Assembly: GCA_963662715.1 (NCBI GenBank)
Contig: OY759724.1
Location: forward strand, 90,001-122,000
Direction of reading: 5' to 3'
Source: Candidatus Omnitrophota bacterium
GTDB lineage: Bacteria; Omnitrophota; Gorgyraeia; Zapsychrales; JANLHA01
Length of the DNA: 32,000 nucleotides
How positions within the stretch are numbered: position 1 is the stretch's first letter; every line of letters starts with the position of its first letter. Under the pieces are notes generated by a model. The model ran no database searches, was not told the origin of the DNA, and was given only the letters and a program-made list of their open reading frames with translations. This document shows positions 1 to 8,677 of this stretch, in pieces. The translations under genes were made by a program, and so were the position numbers.

Positions 1-198
1 CATGACAGCCCGGGCTCCTCTTTGAACGGCCTCAGCAATATATTGTTTTCCGTGTTTTTGCGTCCCGGGCAGGGCCACAAAAAGACTGCCGGGCCTGACT
101 TGTCTTGAATCTGAATATATGTCCTGAACATCCACAGGGATCCCCTCTGGGATGGAATTTGCCTCGACAATATCTTTTATAAGATCTGAGAGCAGCAT
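1..198 (-). CDS. murE: UDP-N-acetylmuramoyl-L-alanyl-D-glutamate--2,6-diaminopimelate ligase MurE, N-terminal fragment (continues past window start)
   Basis: Not in the ORF track. The reverse complement of 1-198 starts with ATG (198-196) and reads MLLSDLIKDIVEANSIPEGIPVDVQDIYSDSRQVRPGSLFVALPGTQKHGKQYIAEAVQRGARAVM with no stop. The DSRxVxPGxLFVAxxG pattern and the position directly after ftsI fit the MurE N-terminus. Confidence 0.8.
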   Translation of the reverse strand, partial: MLLSDLIKDIVEANSIPEGIPVDVQDIYSDSRQVRPGSLFVALPGTQKHGKQYIAEAVQRGARAVM

Positions 199-205
199 GA
201 CTTTC

Positions 206-1888
206 TCAAGAAGGATTCAACGTCCTTAAATATTTTATCGTATCTATGATCATTTCCTTAAAAACAGGGGCGGCCACCGTCCCGCCGTAATGGTTCGGAT
301 GCGGCTCATCAAAAACAACAACAGCGGCAACCCGGGGATCTTCCACCGGGCCAAAACCGATAAATGAGGCAAAAAATTTTGAATGAGAATATTGGCCGTT
401 GATAACTTTCTGCGCCGTGCCTGTCTTTCCGGCGATTGTTATCCCGTCTATTTTAGCCCGCCGGCCGGTACCATTTTCAACAACTCCCGTCAGTATGGCT
501 TTCATTCTTTCGGCTGTCTTAGAGGAAACAGCCCGGTCCATAATTTCCGGATAAAATTCCTGGATCAATTCATCCTTACTGTCTTTAATGTATTTTACCA
601 CAAAGGGCTTCATCATGATCCCGCCATTCGCAATAGACGAGACAGCGCAAACAAGCTGTAAGGGGGTCACCAACACTTCATGGCCTATGGGAATCGCCCC
701 GATAGAGGTTTTGGACCAACTGGCAGGGGGAGATAAAACACCCGCCACCTCTCCCCCCAGGTCTATTCCGGTCTTTTGACTAAAATGAAAAAAACGGGCG
801 TATTTATAGACGCGTTCCGGGCCTAACTTCTGGGCAATTTTTGTTGTGCCAATATTACTGGACTGTTCTATCACCCCTTGGAATGTCAACGTCCCGTGAG
901 GATGATGATCATGCAGGATATGATTTCCGACGCGATAAGCCCCGTTCTCACAAAAGATCTCATCATCTTCATCAAAAACATTCTCTTCCAAAGCCGCCGA
1001 AGCCGTCACAATCTTAAAGACTGAACCCGGTTCATAAACATAGGCTATGGCCCGGTTGGTCCGTTGTTCCGGGATGCTCTTGGTAAAATTCTCCAAATCA
1101 TAAGTCGGGCGGTTCGCTAAGGCCAGAATTTCCCCCGTACGAGGGTCCATAACAATAATTGTTGCCCCTTTAGCCTTGTTCTGCTGAAAGGCTTTCTCCA
1201 AAGCGCGCTCCGCGATATATTGAATAGTTTCGTCAATCGTAAGCACCAGATTAAATCCGTCCTGCGGAGGAGAATAAGCCTTTTCTATTAACAAATCCCG
1301 CTGTCTGGCGTCTCTTAAAATCTGTGCCCAGCCCTCTTTACCTTTCAGGACTTCGTCATATTTTAATTCCAGGCCGTCCAACCCGACATTATCCATACCG
1401 GCAAAACCGATAATGTGAGAAGCTAAATTGCGGTTAGGGTAATACCGCTTGCTTTCCCGCAGGAAATCCAACCCAGGGATATCCAGCGCCTTGATCTGCT
1501 CCACCACATCCGTAGGCATTTTCCGATAAAGCCAGACAAAATATTTATCCCGGTCAAGCCGTTGGCGGATAAAAGACTCCTCCAAATCCGTCAAACGCAC
1601 CAATTCCCTGACAGCCCTCTCTTTGTCTTTTTCCTTCATGCTCCGGGGATTGGCAAACAAGGAATAGGCGGCCATATTAACCGCCAAAGGCCTTAAACGC
1701 CTGTCAAAGATCGTCCCCCGGATGGGCTCCAATTTAATAAAGTGATTATGCTGCTTCGCAGCCAAATTCGCCAGATGCGTCGAGCGAAAGACCTGCATCA
1801 GGACCAAACGGAGGGAAAAATAAAGCAGACAGGCAATGAGGAATAAAAAGATAGCAATGAAACGTAAGATTCGTTTACGAATGTACAC
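206..1888 (-). CDS. ftsI: Class B penicillin-binding protein / peptidoglycan D,D-transpeptidase (FtsI-like)
   Basis: 560 aa with an N-terminal TM helix (ILRFIAIFLFLIACLLYF). Transpeptidase motifs SVFK (SxxK), SSN (SxN) and KTGTA (KTG) are present. The start codon at 1888 is GTG. dcw-cluster context. Confidence 0.9.
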   Translation of the reverse strand: MYIRKRILRFIAIFLFLIACLLYFSLRLVLMQVFRSTHLANLAAKQHNHFIKLEPIRGTIFDRRLRPLAVNMAAYSLFANPRSMKEKDKERAVRELVRLTDLEESFIRQRLDRDKYFVWLYRKMPTDVVEQIKALDIPGLDFLRESKRYYPNRNLASHIIGFAGMDNVGLDGLELKYDEVLKGKEGWAQILRDARQRDLLIEKAYSPPQDGFNLVLTIDETIQYIAERALEKAFQQNKAKGATIIVMDPRTGEILALANRPTYDLENFTKSIPEQRTNRAIAYVYEPGSVFKIVTASAALEENVFDEDDEIFCENGAYRVGNHILHDHHPHGTLTFQGVIEQSSNIGTTKIAQKLGPERVYKYARFFHFSQKTGIDLGGEVAGVLSPPASWSKTSIGAIPIGHEVLVTPLQLVCAVSSIANGGIMMKPFVVKYIKDSKDELIQEFYPEIMDRAVSSKTAERMKAILTGVVENGTGRRAKIDGITIAGKTGTAQKVINGQYSHSKFFASFIGFGPVEDPRVAAVVVFDEPHPNHYGGTVAAPVFKEMIIDTIKYLRTLNPS

Positions 1889-2007
1889 CGTTTGATCCCG
1901 GACACAAATTCTGAAAATAGTTTGTTGTCGTTCTCGGCCTTAAATCAGTTGCAATATTAGAGTCCATATTGGAAACCGGCCGTCCGCAAGCATCTTCTCC
2001 AAAATGA

Positions 2008-2421
2008 TCAACGTGCTTTGCGCCACGGCCGGATGACACGACTTTTTTCAAGAGATCGCGCTTCGGCCTCGGATTTGACTGTGAGGAAACTCAGGAGTGA
2101 ATTGACAGGTTCATTTTGGCTGAGCGGCTCCCTGTTCTCAACCTCAAACGATTCTGTCGTCACCAGTTTCACGATATTATCATTGTCGCTGAATTGAAAG
2201 TCTGAATTATCGGACAGCAACTTTACTCCCAGGTGAAGTGAAGATTTCAACTGCATAATATTGTACAGCACATATCCATTCTCACCTTTCAGATGCGTGA
2301 TTTCCTTCTCCTGCTTTTTTCCCTGGTAAGCATAATCGAAAATTTGCATCTGTAAATGTGTATAAATCAACGAAAGGATCGTTACGGCTGACATAATTTG
2401 TATCGATTTGACAAGTCTCAT
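2008..2421 (-). CDS. FtsL-like small bitopic cell-division protein (hypothetical)
   Basis: 137 aa with a single N-terminal TM (IQIMSAVTILSLIYTHL) followed by a charged helical stretch. It occupies the ftsL slot between rsmH and ftsI. No strong sequence motif, so the call is positional. Confidence 0.55.
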   Translation of the reverse strand: MRLVKSIQIMSAVTILSLIYTHLQMQIFDYAYQGKKQEKEITHLKGENGYVLYNIMQLKSSLHLGVKLLSDNSDFQFSDNDNIVKLVTTESFEVENREPLSQNEPVNSLLSFLTVKSEAEARSLEKSRVIRPWRKAR

Positions 2422-2444
2422 ATTTATACCTTTTCTAAAAATTT

Positions 2445-3389
2445 TTAGGCCCGTTCCCCCACCCTCAGCCGTGCGCTGCGGGCACGGACATTCTCCGAGG
2501 TTTCCTCCTGGGATGGACGCAAAGGTTTTTTTGTCACAATATTCAGAAGACCATGCTGATTCAATATTTTAAACTTTTGTTTTACGATCCTGTCTTCCAG
2601 TGAATGGAAAGATATCACACAAATCCTGGCCCCCGGGTTCAGATATCCCACGCACTTCTCTAAAGCAATCTCCAGGGATTCCAGCTCACGATTAACAGCA
2701 ATCCGAAAAGCCTGAAACGTTCTGGTGGCAGGATGAATTTTCTGTCTTCGGTATCTTGCCGGCAGAGCCTTTAGAACAATATTTTTCAATTCACTGGTCG
2801 ATTCAATAGGATGATGGCCTCTTTCTTCTACAAGAAATTTTGCGATACGATTATGAAGCCTTTCTTCTCCATATATCTTTAAAATTGTGGACAATTCTTT
2901 TTCAGAAAGAGAATTAATCAAATCATAAGCGGAAAAAGCCGATTCCTGGTCCATCCGCATATCCAAAGGTCCTTCCGCCATCAGACTGAACCCTCGTTCC
3001 GGATTGTCCATTTGATAACTGGATATTCCTAAATCAAAAAGAATTCCGTCAATTCTATTCACATCATATCGATCAAGTATCTGGTCGATTTTCCGGAAAT
3101 CTTCATGCACAAAATCACAATGAATATCGAACCGGTCCAGACTCTCCTTCGCAACTTTCAGGGAATCATTGTCGCGGTCGATTCCTATGATAAGGCCTCC
3201 CGCCCCCAGACAAGTCGCCGCCGCTACGGAATGACCGCCCAAACCCAGAGTACAATCTACAAAACACCCGCCGGGAGGCAAATGCAAATAATCCATAACC
3301 TCTTTCAACATAACCGGGACATGCCCTGATTTTTCTTTATTCATATCAATCTGTGAGAAATAACCTACGTCGACCATTAATAATTTCAC
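2445..3389 (-). CDS. rsmH: 16S rRNA (cytosine1402-N4)-methyltransferase RsmH (MraW)
   Basis: HVPVMLKEV, CTLGLGGHS and FDLGISS motifs are typical of RsmH, and the gene follows mraZ. The true start may be the internal Met at 3344 (MNKEKSGHVPVML). Confidence 0.9.
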   Translation of the reverse strand: MKLLMVDVGYFSQIDMNKEKSGHVPVMLKEVMDYLHLPPGGCFVDCTLGLGGHSVAAATCLGAGGLIIGIDRDNDSLKVAKESLDRFDIHCDFVHEDFRKIDQILDRYDVNRIDGILFDLGISSYQMDNPERGFSLMAEGPLDMRMDQESAFSAYDLINSLSEKELSTILKIYGEERLHNRIAKFLVEERGHHPIESTSELKNIVLKALPARYRRQKIHPATRTFQAFRIAVNRELESLEIALEKCVGYLNPGARICVISFHSLEDRIVKQKFKILNQHGLLNIVTKKPLRPSQEETSENVRARSARLRVGERA

Positions 3390-3429
3390 TCATATTTTAC
3401 AAATTGTTGTCACGATATCCATTCCAAGA

Positions 3430-3870
3430 CTAAGAAGACTCGATCATATTCTCGGCAATACGTTCAAATGATTCAGAATGATTGTTATAAAAAGCGTTCC
3501 AGGTTTTGGCATCCCAAATTTCAATTCTATTTGATACCCCGATGATAACCGTATCCTTCTCTATATGGGAATAAGTCTTGAGGTACGGAGGGATAATGAA
3601 ACGCCCCTGTTTATCAGGAAAAACATCCACGGCCCCGGAAAAAAACAGCCGGTTAAACTGTCTTGTTTCCTGTTTAGTAAAAGGCATACTTTTGAACTTC
3701 TTCTCCTGAGACCTCCATTCCTCTTCTGCAAACATGAAAATACATTTATCCAGTCCCCGGGTAAGGAAAAACTTTTCTATTCCAAACTCTTTGCAGACAT
3801 CTCTAAAACGCGCAGGCAAAATAAGTCGGCCCTTTTGATCGATAGAATGATTATATTCTCCATAAAACAT
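3430..3870 (-). CDS. mraZ: Transcriptional regulator MraZ
   Basis: 146 aa. MFYGEYNHSIDQKGRLILPARFR and a second DKQGRFIIP repeat match the duplicated SpoVT/AbrB-like MraZ signature. First gene of the dcw cluster. Confidence 0.92.
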   Translation of the reverse strand: MFYGEYNHSIDQKGRLILPARFRDVCKEFGIEKFFLTRGLDKCIFMFAEEEWRSQEKKFKSMPFTKQETRQFNRLFFSGAVDVFPDKQGRFIIPPYLKTYSHIEKDTVIIGVSNRIEIWDAKTWNAFYNNHSESFERIAENMIESS

Positions 3871-3893
3871 TTATGAATCCCTGCCTGCATGTT

Positions 3894-3920
3894 CCACCAT
3901 ACTCCACTTTACACCACTTT
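3894..3920 (-). promoter_or_regulatory. Putative MraZ operator: three direct GTGG-containing boxes with a 10-nt period
   Basis: The minus strand reads AAAGTGG-TGT-AAAGTGG-AGT-ATGGTGG (boxes at 3920-3914, 3910-3904 and 3900-3894), immediately downstream of the predicted -10 and 24 nt upstream of the mraZ ATG. This matches the direct-repeat GTGG/AAAGTG(G/T) operators described for MraZ. Confidence 0.7.
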
Positions 3921-3927
3921 GTATTCC

Positions 3928-3956
3928 AGTATAACTAAAAAGCCATTGCCCGTCAA
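3928..3956 (-). promoter_or_regulatory. Sigma70-type promoter of the mraZ/dcw operon (TTGACG-17 nt-TATACT)
   Basis: Minus strand: TTGACG (3956-3951), a 17-nt spacer, then TATACT (3933-3928). Read directly from the sequence. Confidence 0.6.
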
Positions 3957-4242
3957 CAGCAAAATATTCTATTTTATTGCAATACAATAAGTTGTATTAT
4001 GGGAATCATCAGACAACTAGATATAGGGTCGCACATATTCCTCACTCCAAGTCATCCCCCTCCACTTTGTTTAATGATCCACAAAATTATTTCTTCCACT
4101 GATGGCCGTTTCCCCAACAACAGTTTGAACGAATGACGGCATCTCCTTTCAAAACGGGAAAAAATGGCGCCACGAAAAAAGATCCCCCCTCTTAACGGCA
4201 TATCTCTCTCTAATTATGGATAAAAAAACAGGACGGGGCCCC

Positions 4243-5211
4243 TCAAAGAACAGACAGGATGTCTTCTTGATGGTCTGAAAACCAGCGGCGGGCCTTAAGT
4301 TCATCGGACGTTATCTCTTGAACAAGAGCGGGGCGGGAATGGAATTTTTTTTCATTACGAATTTTTTTATGAAAAAAAATGATAATATCTTCTCCGTAAA
4401 TATCATCATTAAAATCAAAAATATTCACTTCAATATTAAGAGTCGCATGCGATTTAATCGAAGGCCGGCGTCCGATATAAGCCATGCCGGCATGCATCTG
4501 ATCGTGAATTTGAACATGAACGATATAAACCCCCGGCACAGGGATAATCTGCCTGGGATTTCTGATATTGGCCGTCGGAAAGCCTAACTGACGACCCAGG
4601 CAATCTCCGGGGACAACATGTCCCTGTATAGCAAAAGGGCGGCCCAAAAGACGCGCGACCTCCCTAAGCCTGCCGTCCAGAATATGCTGTCGTATTTCCG
4701 TGCTGCTGATATTTTTTTTCTCCCCCCGGGCCGTTGCCACAGTTTGGACGGAAAAACCGAATTTCTGCCCCGCCCGTTCAAAAAGCCTTAATGTTCCGAT
4801 CCGGTTTCTTCCAAAACGGAAATCGTCTCCGATAATGACGGTATGCGGGGACATTTTCTTCACGAAATACTGTTCTATAAATTTCGTAGGGGACATCCTG
4901 GCGAAATTTCTGGAGAAACGAATAAGCCAACACACCTGGACCCCCATGTTTTTTAATAATCTTTCGCGCAATTCCAGGGATGTTATCAGCGGGAGTGCTT
5001 TTTGAGGTTTTAAAACATGCAAAGGATGCGGAGAAAAGGTCATGACAACGGCTGTTCCGCGGCATTCTTGCGCCTGCCTGATGACACGCTGAATCACGCG
5101 CTGATGCCCTCGGTGAAGGCCGTCAAAAATTCCAATAGCAATAACCGGATTGGGGTATTGTTTTATATCTTGACTTAGACCGGATAAAACGTCCATCTTA
5201 AAGGCTCTCAC
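4243..5211 (-). CDS. ribF: Bifunctional riboflavin kinase / FMN adenylyltransferase RibF
   Basis: 322 aa. GIFDGLHRGHQ (nucleotidyltransferase HxGH-like), GDDFRFG, and the C-terminal kinase part GFPTANI ... IEVNIFDF. Confidence 0.9.
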   Translation of the reverse strand: MRAFKMDVLSGLSQDIKQYPNPVIAIGIFDGLHRGHQRVIQRVIRQAQECRGTAVVMTFSPHPLHVLKPQKALPLITSLELRERLLKNMGVQVCWLIRFSRNFARMSPTKFIEQYFVKKMSPHTVIIGDDFRFGRNRIGTLRLFERAGQKFGFSVQTVATARGEKKNISSTEIRQHILDGRLREVARLLGRPFAIQGHVVPGDCLGRQLGFPTANIRNPRQIIPVPGVYIVHVQIHDQMHAGMAYIGRRPSIKSHATLNIEVNIFDFNDDIYGEDIIIFFHKKIRNEKKFHSRPALVQEITSDELKARRWFSDHQEDILSVL

Positions 5212-5221
5212 CCGGGAAAGG

Positions 5222-5911
5222 CTAACGGGCGGAATTATTCCAATTTCTAATGTGCTCAGGACTTAAATCATCGAGCGACACGGTTTCTGTGATACTGAAC
5301 GGGCCGACTTTCGTTCTTTCGATTTCGGCAATACAAGCGACATTATGAAGTTTCTCGGCGATATCCTCTGCCAGCTGCCGGACATATGTCCCTTTAGAAC
5401 ATTCAATACTTAACGTCACTCGGGGGGGCTCAAAACTGACCAGCTGCAAATCGTGAATTTTAATAAGCCTGGGGTCGCGCTTGACCTGAATGCCTTTCCG
5501 GGCCAGTTCGTACAAACGCTTACCGTTGACTTTAATGGCAGAAACCATGGGCGGCACCTGCTTAATATCCCCCCGGAATTCCGGCAAAATATTTTCGAAT
5601 TGCTCACGGGTCAAGGAAGAATAATCCATCTGCTGAATGACCTGGCCCTCTATATCCGCTGTAGAGGTTTTTGTCCCCAGGATAAGCGTCGCCTTGTAAG
5701 CTTTATCATAAGATTCAAATTCTTTAAAAAGCTTCGTGCTCCGGCCCAGCAGAATGACCAGAACCCCGGTCGCCAAGGGATCGAGCGTCCCGGCATGACC
5801 AACCCTTTTCATATGGAATTTCCGCCGGACTCGGGCGACGACGTCATGAGAGGTCATACCCGAAGGTTTATTCACGAGAACAAAGCCATTCAACCCATTA
5901 TCTTCTTTCAT
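5222..5911 (-). CDS. truB: tRNA pseudouridine(55) synthase TruB
   Basis: GFVLVNKPSGMTSHDVV and HAGTLDPLATGVL (catalytic Asp motif). I prefer Met37 of the tracked ORF (ATG 5911-5909), because the longer ORF to 6019 overlaps nrnA and adds a non-conserved N-terminus. Confidence 0.88.
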   Translation of the reverse strand: MKEDNGLNGFVLVNKPSGMTSHDVVARVRRKFHMKRVGHAGTLDPLATGVLVILLGRSTKLFKEFESYDKAYKATLILGTKTSTADIEGQVIQQMDYSSLTREQFENILPEFRGDIKQVPPMVSAIKVNGKRLYELARKGIQVKRDPRLIKIHDLQLVSFEPPRVTLSIECSKGTYVRQLAEDIAEKLHNVACIAEIERTKVGPFSITETVSLDDLSPEHIRNWNNSAR

Positions 5912-5963
5912 CTTTACTACCCTTCTGTAATCATCATGTTGTGAGACTCCTTGCCCAGACGCA

Positions 5964-6938
5964 TCAAATGACTTTGCGTATCTCCTGCAGAACACGCCGC
6001 TTTGTATTCTTAAGCGCACCTTGCACTAAACATCCGCTCGCACGGCTATGCCCCCCGCCGTTAAACTGATAGGCGAGCCACGCGACATTCACTCTGGAAA
6101 GCGACCGGAAATTCACCCGCGTTTGCCCCTTCGATTCTTCCGTTAAGATGACGATAACTTCTACGCCTTTAATGGCCCGGAAATAACGGAAAATCTTATC
6201 CCGCAGGTCAAACTCTTCTGAAAAACGACGCAAATCCTTTTGAGATAAAACAAGACAGATAACCTGCCCTTTACAATGCCTTTCAAAAGAAGTCACAAGT
6301 TTTGCAAAATTCTTAATATCGTTGAGAGGAATCGATTCATAAAGTTTAATGTACAAATTATTGGCAGAGAAGCCAAAAGGCAGCAGCCGGGCCGCCACTT
6401 CGTGCGTATGCGGGGTCGTATTGTCATAACGGAAACATCCCGTGTCCGTCAAAATCCCGATGTACAACAACTGTGCCAAACTCTTTGTCAGACGGCAGGG
6501 GATTTCAGAGAGCAAATCATAGATGAGCTCTGCTGTTGAAGAGGATTCCGGGATGACGCAGTTATAGCCTCCGAAGAAACTGTTCGTAACGTGGTGATCG
6601 ATATTCACCAAAACCGTATCAGGATGCAACAAGGAACGGATGCTTCCGATACGGTTGAAATCTCCACAATCCAGTATTACAGCAACTTCAAAATCGAATT
6701 TTTTTACTTTAGAGGCCAGACGGATCTGCTTCACCCCCGGCAAAAAATGGAAACGTTTGGGGATCGGTTCCGGGCTCACGGCCACAGCTTTCTTCCCCAG
6801 TTGACGAAGTATTTGGACAATAGCGCACTGAGACGCTAAGGCATCGGGATCCGGATTAATATGCGTACACACCAAAAACGAATGATACTTCTGCATAACC
6901 CGGCTGATATCCTTAAAGGAATTGCTCTTATTCGCCAC
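5964..6938 (-). CDS. nrnA: DHH/DHHA1 phosphoesterase, NrnA-like oligoribonuclease/pAp phosphatase
   Basis: DHH-family motifs HINPDPDALAS, DCGD and NIDHH, plus DHHA1 GGGHSRASG. The rbfA-nrnA-truB arrangement is common. Confidence 0.8.
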   Translation of the reverse strand: MANKSNSFKDISRVMQKYHSFLVCTHINPDPDALASQCAIVQILRQLGKKAVAVSPEPIPKRFHFLPGVKQIRLASKVKKFDFEVAVILDCGDFNRIGSIRSLLHPDTVLVNIDHHVTNSFFGGYNCVIPESSSTAELIYDLLSEIPCRLTKSLAQLLYIGILTDTGCFRYDNTTPHTHEVAARLLPFGFSANNLYIKLYESIPLNDIKNFAKLVTSFERHCKGQVICLVLSQKDLRRFSEEFDLRDKIFRYFRAIKGVEVIVILTEESKGQTRVNFRSLSRVNVAWLAYQFNGGGHSRASGCLVQGALKNTKRRVLQEIRKVI

Positions 6939-7329
6939 CCTGCTGCCCCCCTCTGTCTTCCGTTATTTCGCATTCATCCTTTGTCTCGGCGGCTAACTTG
7001 TCAATATCTTTCAAAGTCTGTTCGATCCTCACGCTGTATTCAATCGAGGGGTCATAAATGAATTCCAACTCAGGGGTATAGCGTAGACGTAAGTTCTTCG
7101 CGATGAACCGTCTCATGTACCCGGCAGCATGATTCAGACTCTCAGTAACATCTTCCACGTTAGCCGATTGCCCCAAAACACTGAATTTGATTCGTGCATG
7201 ATGCAGATCAGGGCTGACACTGACCTCTGTTATTGTCACAAACTGCAAACGGGGATCGCGCATCTCCCGCTGCAGCATGCTGCCGAGCTCCCGCTTCATT
7301 AACTCATTGACCTTTTGCATTCGTCCCAC
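6928..7329 (-). CDS. rbfA: Ribosome-binding factor A
   Basis: 133 aa. KVNELMKRELGSML...DPRL..VTITEVSVSPDLHHA.I.FSV pattern typical of RbfA, with an acidic C-terminal tail. Confidence 0.88.
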   Translation of the reverse strand: MGRMQKVNELMKRELGSMLQREMRDPRLQFVTITEVSVSPDLHHARIKFSVLGQSANVEDVTESLNHAAGYMRRFIAKNLRLRYTPELEFIYDPSIEYSVRIEQTLKDIDKLAAETKDECEITEDRGGQQGGE

Positions 7330-8638
7330 GGCTTATCTCCTTAACGCCTGCACTCCAACGACGCACATAATCCAGCTGGCTGGCCCGGGTTATATAATGC
7401 CCATTCAACCGCTGCCACAACAGCCTTTTTAAAACTCGGCCGACCTCCTGGGAAGACGGCCCTCCTGTTATCTCCTTGACATCATCTCCTGATATTTCAA
7501 GCATCAGAAAACGCAAATCCGTCAAATAAAAATCTATCCTCTCCCGTACTATCTTAACCGAAGTCAGCAACCGAATAAAGACAATATTTTCCACAGCCAA
7601 AGGTTTTAATATAGCATAAATCTCACTGGATTGCATTTTTTTAACCGACAATTGCTGAATAAGCTGTTGCGTTTTTCGGCCGTTAAGTAAAAGAATTTTT
7701 TCCCTGCGGGATAAAGGTATCTCTTGGAATATGTTATCCCTTTGACCCCCTGTCATCTTTGAGATCAGGGCCAGCAAACGAATCAGGGTCCAATCCGCGT
7801 CACCGAGTTCCAGGTTCTGAGGGAGACACGCCCTCGTTTCTTCAATCCTTTTCAAAACACTGACCGACAAAGGGGCGTTTTGGAAAAGGACCTTTAAACA
7901 CCCTAAGCTGTGAAGGCGGCTGACACACCGGACAACATCTTCTTCTTTCAGGACTTTGCGGAATTCCGTAAACAGGCGAGAACGCTTGACCGAAGCGAAA
8001 GCGTTGAGCCGAAGGGCTGATTTAAAAAGCTTCATCGTGCAGGGCTCGATGCTAAACTGGAACCTTTGTTCAAAACGGATCCCCCGGATCATGCGAGTCG
8101 GGTCATCCAGAAAACTCCGGTCATGCAAAACCCTGATGCGCTTCTGTCTCAAGTCATCCACCCCCCCGCACATATCCAGGACGGATTCACTCTGGTCTCC
8201 GTACAAAGCCACAGCCATGGCATTGATCGTAAAGTCCCGCCTGCGCAAATCCGTATAAATACTGCCCTTCCTGACAACAGGTAATGCTCCCGGCTGAGGA
8301 TAATGTTCCTCCCTGGCCATGGCAAAGTCGAGACTGACACCGTCCTTCGTTTTAACTGTCGCCGTCGTGAAACGCTTATGAACCTTCAGCTCCCCCCGCG
8401 TCATCCTGGCTACGGCCTGGGCCAAAGCTACCGCATCCCCCTCGACCACGCAGTCAAGGTCCAGATTTTTTTTCCTTAAAAGGATATCTCTGACAGTCCC
8501 TCCGATTATAAAGACAGGCGTCCCCTGCCTCTTTCCCGCCTTAATAATACAGTCAATACTGCGCTGGATATTCTTATCTAATTTTTGCCATGATATCCTT
8601 TTCATAAAGACTCTTTTCGCAAGCCGTTTTTCTGCCAT
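7304..8638 (-). CDS. tRNA nucleotidyltransferase (CCA-adding) / poly(A) polymerase family protein
   Basis: 444 aa. Head-domain motifs GGTVRDILL, DLDCVV and RRDFTINAM, plus DDPTRMIRGIRF (the (E/D)DxxR region). No HD domain seen. CCA-, CC- or A-adding specificity cannot be decided by eye. Confidence 0.75.
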   Translation of the reverse strand: MAEKRLAKRVFMKRISWQKLDKNIQRSIDCIIKAGKRQGTPVFIIGGTVRDILLRKKNLDLDCVVEGDAVALAQAVARMTRGELKVHKRFTTATVKTKDGVSLDFAMAREEHYPQPGALPVVRKGSIYTDLRRRDFTINAMAVALYGDQSESVLDMCGGVDDLRQKRIRVLHDRSFLDDPTRMIRGIRFEQRFQFSIEPCTMKLFKSALRLNAFASVKRSRLFTEFRKVLKEEDVVRCVSRLHSLGCLKVLFQNAPLSVSVLKRIEETRACLPQNLELGDADWTLIRLLALISKMTGGQRDNIFQEIPLSRREKILLLNGRKTQQLIQQLSVKKMQSSEIYAILKPLAVENIVFIRLLTSVKIVRERIDFYLTDLRFLMLEISGDDVKEITGGPSSQEVGRVLKRLLWQRLNGHYITRASQLDYVRRWSAGVKEISRGTNAKGQ

Positions 8639-8677
8639 GAGGAACCGGGCATAAAGATTGTCTTCTCCGGCTCAAAC

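Noticed and set aside
4071-4142. 23-codon minus-strand ORF (MPSFVQTVVGETAISGRNNFVDH) in the dcw upstream spacer.
   Set aside because: The only purine-rich element (AGGAG) abuts the ATG with no spacing. It is very short and unrecognisable, so I kept it only as a note under the spacer finding.
4215-4242. Possible terminator right after the ribF stop (AGGG-GCCCCG-UCCU followed by GU7).
   Set aside because: The stem is only 4 bp including a G-U pair, which is too weak to call. The U-run may still contribute to termination before the mraZ promoter.
4330-4385. Homopolymer tracts (T8, T7, A8) in the 3' end of ribF. A T8 tract also occurs in ligA at about 11523.
   Set aside because: The reading frames are intact through the tracts and the genes are housekeeping. 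There is no evidence for phase variation or programmed frameshifting.
5912-6019. N-terminal 36-aa extension of the tracked truB ORF.
   Set aside because: It overlaps the nrnA 3' end by 56 nt and encodes a non-conserved sequence. The TruB homology begins right after Met37.
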